NCBI GenBank assembly: GCA_964636085.1
Contig: CAZWPQ010000001.1
Location: 69,744-133,743 of the forward strand
Direction of reading: 5' to 3'
Length of the DNA stretch: 64,000 nucleotides
Source of the DNA: an uncultured Nitrososphaerota archaeon
GTDB lineage: Archaea > Asgardarchaeota > Njordarchaeia > Njordarchaeales > Panguiarchaeaceae
The notes beneath the pieces are model-generated. The model saw only the letters and a list, made by a program, of their open reading frames with translations. It ran no database searches and had not been told where the DNA came from. This document shows, piece by piece, positions 56,848-64,000 of the stretch. The position numbers and the translations under genes are program-made. Each line of letters begins with the position of its first letter. The first letter of the stretch is position 1.

Positions 56848-57951
56848 TTAGCGCCGAATAACTGCTCGGGACTCGATCAAAAGCTTCGTTATCGACAATA
56901 ACTTCGTAGCCGAGTATATGTCTTCCACACCTGGCAACAAAACGTCAGAAATAAATTCTGTTGTCTGATCCAATATAAATTGTGCGAATTTTTTATCTGA
57001 AAGTCTATGTATAAGACTTACTAATGTTTCTGTGTTTGATATAAAATACATAAGATTCTTATCCTTATGTATGTCAAAAACTGCAGAAAAATTATTGGTT
57101 AACATGTCCATCAACAACTCATGTACGCGAGGAGGAACCTCGACATTAAAACTCAGAAGCCATTCAATACTCTTCAAAATGTATCTCAGAATTTTTTTCT
57201 CTAGATTTATTCCTATGACCTCCAAATCCTCTTGACTTAAACCACCACCTTCAAGTAGCTTCCCCCTCAGTATGACCTCCTGCGTATGTATATCTGAGAC
57301 CTCTGGATCTATCTTCACTACTATTTTACAAATCCTCCTCGAAAGTGGTAACAATAATTTTTGAGTTTGTTCATAAGAAACTGCATCAGAACACGAATAT
57401 ATAGCATCTATTATTGGTACGAAATATTTCGTATTATCGATATTCGAAATGTTAAGCTTTTCTATAAATCTATTTATGAACTTAAACCCTCTTATTATTG
57501 GAACCATACTCATGCCTCGGGCGCGACCTAAAGCTTCTAGCGCTCGAGATGTTTGATATATGACCCCATCATAAATTTCATTTGTCAGTGTGATGCTATT
57601 GACAGAAAACATGCCGTCTATCCTCTGTAGTTCACACCAAGCCCCATCCAGTTCTTTTCTAGAGAATTCAGCTCCCCCCCTCTTATTAACTTGCCTGTTC
57701 AAGATGTACTTAGCTATATCCGATGTAAGAAAGGATATCTGTGGGAAGTCGATTAGATACTTAAATGACAGCATCATTATATTGGATATTCTAATACGGG
57801 ACTCCATAGAATCCATCATATCCTCTAATAAGCCATTGCTAATATTGTATATCAAGTAATCAAGGAACTTAGAAAGTTCTGTGATCGCTAACTTCACTAT
57901 CGTCCTTTCACGAGCTATCCTGACCACCCAGTATAAGCATAACTCTTGCAT
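56848..57951 (-). CDS. hypothetical helical protein (367 aa)
   Basis: Long ORF 3 nt upstream of the S2P gene and co-directional with it. No motif. Confidence 0.4.
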   Translation of the reverse strand: MQELCLYWVVRIARERTIVKLAITELSKFLDYLIYNISNGLLEDMMDSMESRIRISNIMMLSFKYLIDFPQISFLTSDIAKYILNRQVNKRGGAEFSRKELDGAWCELQRIDGMFSVNSITLTNEIYDGVIYQTSRALEALGRARGMSMVPIIRGFKFINRFIEKLNISNIDNTKYFVPIIDAIYSCSDAVSYEQTQKLLLPLSRRICKIVVKIDPEVSDIHTQEVILRGKLLEGGGLSQEDLEVIGINLEKKILRYILKSIEWLLSFNVEVPPRVHELLMDMLTNNFSAVFDIHKDKNLMYFISNTETLVSLIHRLSDKKFAQFILDQTTEFISDVLLPGVEDIYSATKLLSITKLLIESRAVIRR

Positions 57952-58059
57952 TTTTATATTAAGTAGTAGGGAAATCTTATAAATATTATGTATTTAGAGC
58001 AATATATACATGATTACAGAATTTCGTAAAGACAAGAAAATATTATACGTGAGGTACCT

Positions 58060-59109
58060 ATGAGCTTACAAAAAGTTACTGGCGACATAGAAAGAATGTA
58101 TGATCAATTTAAGATAAGGCCTATCTCCGAGATCTACAATATGCTTCCTTGGAACCATTTCTTAGAGATGGACTTGATAGTAGCACATAGGGATCTCGAT
58201 GCTATTCTCAATGAAAAAAAATGGGCGATCGTTAGTGGTAGAGGGCCTAGTGGCCCACTACACTTAGGGCATATCCTCCTATTCAAACTAGTGGCTTGGT
58301 TTCAGAAGACTTTTGATGTATATGCATTCATACCTTTGTCAGACGATGAAAAATTCGTTTTTGATAAGATAAAATCGTTAGATGACGCAGAATACTGGGG
58401 CCTCGAAAACGCAAAGTGGATAGCTGCATTAGGTTTTGACCCCAAAAAAACTAGGATCTACATCTCCTCTATGCATCCGTGGGTATATAGGCATGCTCTA
58501 AATGTTTCAAAGTATCTTACTATAAGCACTATAAAAGGGGCTCTTGGAATCGATGACTCTAAGAACATTGGAATACCTTTTTATGCAGCCGTCCAAATAG
58601 TTCATATAATCCAACCTACGCTTGATTTTGGACTACGGACACTTGTTCCAATAGCCTTGGATCAGGATGTTTTTATGAGACTCACAAGGGACGTCGCTGA
58701 AAGAATGCATATACCTAAACCAGCATCAGTTTATGTAAAATTTCTCCCTGGACTACAGAATATCCCTATGTCCAGTTCTGCCCCCGAGACAGCAATATAC
58801 GTTACAGATGACAATAGAACAATCTATAACAAGATTATGAGAGCCCATTCTGGGGGGGGCATATCTACACAACACCAGAGAAAAAATGGGGGGGATCCAG
58901 ATAAATGCGTCATTTTTGAATGGCTAAAAGCTTTTTACTTCAAAAGTAGACTACATGCTGAACGGTACGCTGAGGCGTGCAGAACTGGACAAATCATATG
59001 TGGCTATGACTGTAAGCCACTTTTCTATGAAACAGTTATAAAATTCTTGGAAGAATTAAAGGATAGGGCCAATAAAATAGATCTTGATAAATTCTTGTGG
59101 AGACCTTAA
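58060..59109 (+). CDS. trpS: tryptophanyl-tRNA synthetase
   Basis: …GRGPSGPLHLGHILLFKLVAWFQKTFDVYAFIPLSDDEKF… closely mirrors the archaeal/eukaryotic TrpRS HIGH region (GRGPS…H(V/L)GH…DDEK). The KMSKS-like element is PMSSS. Confidence 0.7.
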   Translation: MSLQKVTGDIERMYDQFKIRPISEIYNMLPWNHFLEMDLIVAHRDLDAILNEKKWAIVSGRGPSGPLHLGHILLFKLVAWFQKTFDVYAFIPLSDDEKFVFDKIKSLDDAEYWGLENAKWIAALGFDPKKTRIYISSMHPWVYRHALNVSKYLTISTIKGALGIDDSKNIGIPFYAAVQIVHIIQPTLDFGLRTLVPIALDQDVFMRLTRDVAERMHIPKPASVYVKFLPGLQNIPMSSSAPETAIYVTDDNRTIYNKIMRAHSGGGISTQHQRKNGGDPDKCVIFEWLKAFYFKSRLHAERYAEACRTGQIICGYDCKPLFYETVIKFLEELKDRANKIDLDKFLWRP

Positions 59110-59384
59110 CCTCTTTTAGATTTTTTGTCATTGTTTTTTGGTCTAATAATATACCATGAACCCATCCGTGTCACACTATATTCTCTCGATAGTCTCTTAA
59201 GTATGAATTGTGCGCCCCTACGGCCTTGAAGTAATTTTTTCAACCACCTTATCCTTACGATAGCATAGGGATTTGTCTTAAGTTCGTTTTCTATGTGTTT
59301 CTTTAATTTCACATATACATTCTCAACAACATCAGAGAATAGTTTCTCATCATAGTTTTCTTCCATTACCACCACTATTAGCAT
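59106..59384 (-). CDS. hypothetical small protein (92 aa)
   Basis: ORF convergent with trpS, overlapping it by 4 nt. No motif. Confidence 0.3.
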   Translation of the reverse strand: MLIVVVMEENYDEKLFSDVVENVYVKLKKHIENELKTNPYAIVRIRWLKKLLQGRRGAQFILKRLSREYSVTRMGSWYIIRPKNNDKKSKRG

Positions 59385-59446
59385 CCTTTAGATAATTGAA
59401 AAACATCTACTATGACATAAAAAATCAAATTAAGGAAGGATATATA

Positions 59447-61216
59447 TTATCTATGTGCAAACAATATATAGATGACCTCTCCTTCATTCCTATGTATGCG
59501 TCCCCACCCATATCTCTCCATTTGAACATACTCCCCATTCAATAACATCTGGGCTGCATGTTCTACCAACCCCTCAATTGTCCCCGTTGGTGTTATTAAA
59601 AACGCATGCAAAGACAAATCACCAGCCGGCACCCAATGTATCTTGTCTACTCCCTTAACCTCGTCGATACCTGCTTCTTCAGCCACAATCTTGTTTGCGA
59701 TAGGATCTATGCTTACAATTCTTATATTCATTAGGCCCTTTAGCCTTAATATATTGTCTGCCTCGCTTGCTCTTCTAATCGTTTCCATGTCTAATTTAGA
59801 TACATATAGATTGAGGATCTTATCGCCATCCTCAATTTGGGGTCTTAGTCTATATTCTCTATAACCCGCTTCCTCTTTGCCTGGAATCCATGGATTTCTC
59901 GAAACATATAAATCATTACTAACCCTAACCTCCATAGCTACAGGCTGTTCTACAAAGAATATTCTTTTTGCTATAGGCGACAATATCCTTGCATTGTAGG
60001 TATAAAGAGTTTTAAGCGATAAGTCTTTTATATCATGCTTTGTCATACCGACATGTTCTGCCAACATTTTAATCGCTTCAGGATGTATACCTTTTGCCAA
60101 CAACGCTCTAATCGTTATCAATCTTGGATCATCCCACCCCTCCATCTCCCTACGTCTCAAAGCGGCCCTTATGTCTCTTTTATGTGCTGGCACCCCCGTA
60201 ATCTTTATCATTCCATACTCGACATATGTTATGTTTACTTTCCAGCCAAAGGATTCCGCTATTATTTTCTGTATTTTTTGGTTTGTTTCATGTTCTTTTG
60301 CCCGAATTACATGAGTAATGCCGTGATGACAGTCCTCGATTATACATGCATAATTGTATAATGGATAGACCCTATACTTGTACCCCGTCCTCGGGTGAGG
60401 CACATTCTCTATTATTCTTAGTAATGGCGGGTCACGCAATGCTGGATTATCCGCAGTTAGGTCTGTCTTTAACCTTACTACGGCTTCGCCTTCCCTGTAT
60501 TCCCCAGATAACATTTTTTCCCAGTAATCCACACTCCCCTGTTTTTCTCTGTGTGGACATGGAACCTTCCTAGCGATATATTTCTTGAACTCCTCGCTTT
60601 TACAATTACATACGTATGCCTTTCCCATCTCGAATAATTTGTATGTAAGTTCATAATACATATCAAAGTTGTCCGACTCATATATTAACTCGTCCCACTC
60701 TAGACCTAATGCTTTTAGATCCTCTTTAATCCAATCATAATAAATCCTCTTAACGCGACGAGGATCCGTATCCTCTATCCGTAGAATAAACTTTCCATCA
60801 TACTTCCTCGCATAATACCAACTAAGATATGCTGCGCGTAATACTTGACCCAAATGTATTGCGCCAGTCGGCGCAGGAGCAAAGCGTGTAACTACTTTTC
60901 CTGGCATAGCGTTTGGCAGTTCAGGAAGACCAATACGTGTTTTAGCCGACTTTTCCTTCTCCAACATATTTATTGTTATTCCAAATTCCTTCTCCAACAT
61001 GGACACCTGCTCATCATATGTCATAGAGTTTACGCGATCAACCATAGATTTGACTAGGCTAAAAATATTTTTACGAGAATCTTCAGATTTTATAAGCTCC
61101 TTCACTTCTGGTACATCAACAAAAATTTTATTCAAAACGGCTTTGAACGCAGCTTTACCCTCATGATCAATAGCATTGATCAACGCATATTTGAGTGCCA
61201 CACGCTCCAATTCCAT
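59447..61216 (-). CDS. gltX: glutamyl-tRNA synthetase (archaeal type)
   Basis: …RFAPAPTGAIHLGQVLRAAYLSWYYARKYDGKFILRIEDTDPRR… is a class I HIGH-like region with the GluRS/GlnRS-family signature. The 589-aa size fits archaeal GluRS. Confidence 0.7.
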   Translation of the reverse strand: MELERVALKYALINAIDHEGKAAFKAVLNKIFVDVPEVKELIKSEDSRKNIFSLVKSMVDRVNSMTYDEQVSMLEKEFGITINMLEKEKSAKTRIGLPELPNAMPGKVVTRFAPAPTGAIHLGQVLRAAYLSWYYARKYDGKFILRIEDTDPRRVKRIYYDWIKEDLKALGLEWDELIYESDNFDMYYELTYKLFEMGKAYVCNCKSEEFKKYIARKVPCPHREKQGSVDYWEKMLSGEYREGEAVVRLKTDLTADNPALRDPPLLRIIENVPHPRTGYKYRVYPLYNYACIIEDCHHGITHVIRAKEHETNQKIQKIIAESFGWKVNITYVEYGMIKITGVPAHKRDIRAALRRREMEGWDDPRLITIRALLAKGIHPEAIKMLAEHVGMTKHDIKDLSLKTLYTYNARILSPIAKRIFFVEQPVAMEVRVSNDLYVSRNPWIPGKEEAGYREYRLRPQIEDGDKILNLYVSKLDMETIRRASEADNILRLKGLMNIRIVSIDPIANKIVAEEAGIDEVKGVDKIHWVPAGDLSLHAFLITPTGTIEGLVEHAAQMLLNGEYVQMERYGWGRIHRNEGEVIYILFAHR

Positions 61217-61409
61217 GACATATCCCTTGATTCACAAATTGTAAAAAGGATATTAAAAAATCAAACACTCCCCACAACAAACTACTTTTTGTAGTACCCA
61301 ACCCCCTAAGCCTAGCAATAGCCTTGGCATTATACCAACATTATACCAACAATTTCTAATATAGTTAACCAACACCCCCTCAGCAGATAACAATTCTATA
61401 ACATAAAAA

Positions 61410-61497
61410 TGGGCCCGGCGGGATTTGAACCCGCGACTTGCAGCTTTCTTCTCTCCATTAGAAGGCTGCCGCGCTATCCTAGCTACGCCACGGGCCC
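61410..61497 (-). tRNA. tRNA-Arg(UCU) with 13-nt canonical intron
   Basis: The reverse complement is GGGCCCG-TG-GCGT-AGCTAGGATA-GCGC-G-GCAGC-CTTCTA-[ATGGAGAGAAGAA]-A-GCTGC-AAGTC-GCGGGTTCAAATCCCGC-CGGGCCC-A. Confidence 0.75.
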
Positions 61498-61543
61498 TGG
61501 AGGAGAGACTAATTTTATATTTATATATGAGGGGATATTCTTA

Positions 61544-61627
61544 TAGGCCCGGCCGGATTCGAACCGGCGTCAGGGGATCTCCCCCAGCACCAGAGTCCCC
61601 CATGCTTGACCTCTACACCACGGGCCT
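61544..61627 (-). tRNA. tRNA-Gln(CUG) with ~11-nt canonical intron
   Basis: AGGCCCG-TG-GTGTAGAGGTCAAGCAT-G-GGGGA-CTCTGG-[TGCTGGGGGAG]-A-TCCCC-TGAC-GCCGGTTCGAATCCGGC-CGGGCCT-A. Confidence 0.7.
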
Positions 61628-61635
61628 ATTCTTGG

Positions 61636-61719
61636 TGCGCCGGGCGGGACTCGAACCCGCGTCACCAGCTTGGAAGGCTTATGCCTGTGTTGGCATCCTT
61701 CCTCTAGACTACCGGCGCT
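61636..61719 (-). tRNA. tRNA-Gly(UCC) with a 12-nt intron inside the anticodon stem (position 29/30)
   Basis: GCGCCGG-TA-GTCTAGAGGAAGGAT-G-CCA-[ACACAGGCATAA]-GC-CTTCCAA-GCTGG-TGAC-GCGGGTTCGAGTCCCGC-CCGGCGC-A. A canonical CCAGC/GCTGG stem forms only after removing the insert. Confidence 0.6.
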
Positions 61720-61814
61720 TTGGGATGGCATATCCTAATATTTATCTATTTTTGGGGTTCTTATAAAGGTTTATATCTCGACCTAGACTTGTTTGAAAAA
61801 ATTATGTTTTATAT

Positions 61815-62141
61815 TTACTCTGCAAATTTTTGGATAAACCATTTAACGAATTTTTCGCATCTAAATGGATTATTTCTTGAGCCAGGCTTACATGTTTTTA
61901 ATTTTTCGCACCCCAGACATGGTATCTCCATTATTTCGGGGTCTATGATTTCAGGTATTGTGACGTTATAGCCGTCAAAATCTACCATATATAATTTATG
62001 TAGATGCAACAGTATTTCTTCGAGATTCTTAGCTACATCTGGGGATTTTTTCTCCACACGTTCCCTTAACTCGTCAAGCGTTGCTTGCCCCAATTTTAGT
62101 ATCTCTCCCCAAACCAGACTTATGCTATTTAGATCTATCAT
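61815..62141 (-). CDS. hypothetical winged-helix-like protein with C-terminal four-Cys cluster
   Basis: 108 aa. CLGCEKLKTCKPGSRNNPFRC gives four Cys in a metal-binding-like spacing. Confidence 0.35.
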   Translation of the reverse strand: MIDLNSISLVWGEILKLGQATLDELRERVEKKSPDVAKNLEEILLHLHKLYMVDFDGYNVTIPEIIDPEIMEIPCLGCEKLKTCKPGSRNNPFRCEKFVKWFIQKFAE

Positions 62142-62195
62142 TCTGATTTATCCCTCACATCATATAAATTATTTGGTCAACAATTGCTTTAAATA

Positions 62196-62780
62196 TTGCT
62201 TTTTAAGGGGATACACATGTACAAAAATATATTCATTACGGGGCCCCCAGGCTCGGGTAAATCGACGCTTCTTATGGATATAGTCAAGGAGCTGGAAAAA
62301 AGAGGCATTAGGGTCAGAGGGATTATATGCCCAGAAATTAGAAGAGGAAAATATAGATGGGGGTTTAAGGTTATTGTGTATCCTGACGGCCAGGAGGAAA
62401 TTCTCGCTAGCGTAGAAATAAAACATGGGCCGCGAGTATCCAAGTACCGGGTCAATATTAATGGATTTGAAAGAGTTGGAGTTAGGGCCCTACAGGACTC
62501 CCTAGAGGATCCTAAGATCCAAGTATTGTTGATAGATGAAATTGGAAAAATGGAGCTCTTTAGTAACAAGTTTAGGAATATTGTGATAAAAATCCTTAAC
62601 TCCAATAAGATAGTTCTAGGTGTTCTTGGTAGAACCAGCGACCCAATAGTAAGTCGCATCAAAAGTCGTAAGGATGTACTCATCATAGATTTATCTTACG
62701 ACACTGCACACCAACAAAAAGATTCTATTAAAAAACGGATAGTAAGCGATATAGTATCTATGTTATCTACCCCCTACTAG
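62196..62780 (+). CDS. THEP1-type nucleoside-triphosphatase
   Basis: …NIFITGPPGSGKSTLL… P-loop and …VLLIDEIGKMEL… Walker B in a ~180-aa protein. The probable start is the Met at 62217. Confidence 0.6.
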   Translation: MLFKGIHMYKNIFITGPPGSGKSTLLMDIVKELEKRGIRVRGIICPEIRRGKYRWGFKVIVYPDGQEEILASVEIKHGPRVSKYRVNINGFERVGVRALQDSLEDPKIQVLLIDEIGKMELFSNKFRNIVIKILNSNKIVLGVLGRTSDPIVSRIKSRKDVLIIDLSYDTAHQQKDSIKKRIVSDIVSMLSTPY

Positions 62781-63195
62781 AAGCAATCTCATATTTTTTC
62801 GATGTGAGTCTAAGGTTAAATGCTAGTTCAAAGTATGTCAAGAAAAGTCCACCGAGAAATACAATTTCTCCCTTGTCGTCCAGTTTTTTAATGATATCCA
62901 CATAGCAAATTTTGTTTGTTGGTTCTAGGTGAGCAAAAACAATGGCCCTATCACCTATACGTAGATTACTTATTTCCTTTTCGACACTCTGAGATATATG
63001 TGGATACGCTATTGTTGTTACGTTTTCATCATCGTCCTCCAACTTCAATACAAGCTTTGTTGATTCCTTTCTTATATCACTAAGCGTGCCCATAAATCTT
63101 ACAGAATATATGTTTCTACCCAACTCGGATACAACAGACATACCTCTTAACTTCATGGTCTTTATTTCCTTTATACACGAAAAAACATAAGTCAT
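62767..63195 (-). CDS. hypothetical protein (142 aa)
   Basis: ORF overlapping the ribK-like gene start by 4 nt. No motif. Confidence 0.35.
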   Translation of the reverse strand: MTYVFSCIKEIKTMKLRGMSVVSELGRNIYSVRFMGTLSDIRKESTKLVLKLEDDDENVTTIAYPHISQSVEKEISNLRIGDRAIVFAHLEPTNKICYVDIIKKLDDKGEIVFLGGLFLTYFELAFNLRLTSKKYEIASSRG

Positions 63196-63563
63196 TCCAC
63201 ATCAACCAATTCTACCAATACTTCATCACCATCTTTAAGCATATACTTCTCTCTCAAATTGCACTCAGCAACTATCTCCACTACATCTTCAGGATGTCTT
63301 GATTTTTCAGGACGCAGGACTATGACAAAGTCTTCAAATATCTTCCCCCTCGCATACAATATAGGGCTTGAAGAGGGAGGAGAAAATATCCTTAAAGGTA
63401 ACTCCCTCCACGTTATTGAATTAAGCTTTATGTTTAGAGTCCCCCGAAATATATTACATTCATCGCATTTCAACTCCTTGGCGAAAAACCTCATATATTC
63501 CTTTTTTGATACGTAAAAACGGCCCAATCCCATGCCAGAAATAACTATGCCCTTTATTTTCAT
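63192..63563 (-). CDS. ribK: CTP-dependent riboflavin kinase (archaeal RibK, MJ0056 family)
   Basis: MKIKGIVISGMGLGRFYVSKKEYMRFF…FRGTLNIKL… matches the archaeal RibK N-terminus (…SGxGEGRYFxS…PYxGTLNLKL). Confidence 0.55.
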   Translation of the reverse strand: MKIKGIVISGMGLGRFYVSKKEYMRFFAKELKCDECNIFRGTLNIKLNSITWRELPLRIFSPPSSSPILYARGKIFEDFVIVLRPEKSRHPEDVVEIVAECNLREKYMLKDGDEVLVELVDVE

Positions 63564-63705
63564 AATTTGAGCACCAAATTCCGCAATAAATCAAAAAATA
63601 TTATTGCTAATATTTTGTCAAATTAATATTTGCCTAATTAAATTTATATTGTGATGTTCCAATCATCGATATCGGTGATCATCATTGAGCGAAAATGAGA
63701 CAGAA

Positions 63706-64000
63706 ATGACACCACTTACATATCATGAATTGGTTGAGGTTCTCGAGCAACTGTCCAAAGCGGAGGGTACCTTCAGAAGATCTACCCAGAGACGTGTCTA
63801 TGAGTATGCACAAAAATTTCTATTTGCCACAAAGGAAGAAATTAACGAAATAATCAGTAGGTTGGAGGAGCTGGGTATACCGCGGAAAATTGCAATACAA
63901 ATTGCTTATATATTACCTTCCACCAAGGAAGAACTACGCCCCTTCCTTTCCCTTCTTCGACAGTCAGGAATCAAAATAGAGAATGAGGAAGAACTAATAG
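63706..64000 (+). CDS. rpoF: possible RNA polymerase subunit F (Rpb4-like), 5' partial at the window end
   Basis: ATG at 63706, open to the window end: MTPLTYHELVEVLEQLSKAEG…ELGIPRKIAIQIAYILPSTKEELRPFLSLLRQ…. The helical layout and PxTxEELR element resemble RpoF. It is not in the ORF track because no stop is reached. Confidence 0.35.
   Translation, partial: MTPLTYHELVEVLEQLSKAEGTFRRSTQRRVYEYAQKFLFATKEEINEIISRLEELGIPRKIAIQIAYILPSTKEELRPFLSLLRQSGIKIENEEELI

Noticed and set aside
61217-61409. Tandem duplicate 'cattataccaa cattataccaa' and 'ccccct' motifs upstream of gltX
   Set aside because: Only two copies of an 11-mer. More likely a promoter-region duplication than a repeat element.
61425-61971. 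ORF-track entries 61425..61766(+) and 61720..61971(+)
   Set aside because: They run through the three-tRNA array and its flanks. They are artefacts of GC-richer tRNA sequence creating stop-free stretches.
1-64000. CRISPR arrays, cas genes, transposases, integrases, restriction-modification genes
   Set aside because: Direct repeats ≥20 nt with regular spacing were looked for in all intergenic stretches and none found. No ORF shows transposase, integrase or methyltransferase motifs. The window is housekeeping chromosome.

Overview
This is AT-rich (~36-38% GC), very gene-dense archaeal chromosome, with most gene overlaps only a few bases. It carries about 80 protein genes and 9 tRNA genes. There is no rRNA, CRISPR array, transposase or integrase, so it reads as core chromosome rather than an accessory island. 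The identifiable content is overwhelmingly archaeal information processing:
- Ribosomal proteins: L39e, L31e, L44e, S19e, L15e, L21e, L6, S8, S14, L30, L37ae and L37e.
- Translation factors and tRNA synthetases: aIF2-gamma, TrpRS and GluRS.
- The exosome superoperon: SBDS, Rrp4, Rrp41, Rrp42, L37ae.
- RNA-processing and ribosome-biogenesis factors: an Sm protein, Gar1, a Brix protein, Pcc1, prefoldin beta, Nep1, TmcA, HflX, RNase HII and FtsY.
- Scattered A/V-type ATPase subunits (I, D, C, K, E, H) but no catalytic A or B subunits.

Features that depart from textbook archaeal organisation:
- A MglA/Rag-like small GTPase with a C-terminal roadblock-type extension sits next to a tandem-roadblock partner, and a membrane protein elsewhere carries a roadblock-like tail.
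- There are two large HerA/FtsK-family ATPases. One forms a classical overlapping NurA-HerA pair without Mre11/Rad50. The other is an orphan with a proline-rich linker, convergent on a SepF-like (DUF552) gene.
- The atpE gene is fused in frame to an unknown ~140-aa domain.
- The canonical ribosomal-protein, exosome and ATPase clusters are strongly fragmented.
- Eight of the nine tRNAs carry an intron. These include apparently non-canonical positions and a tRNA-Cys with two introns.

The supplied ORF track appears to allow TTG/GTG starts, so several 5' ends are probably too long. It also missed the 51-aa L39e gene, which I found by hand. All product names are inferred from remembered family motifs, not from database searches.
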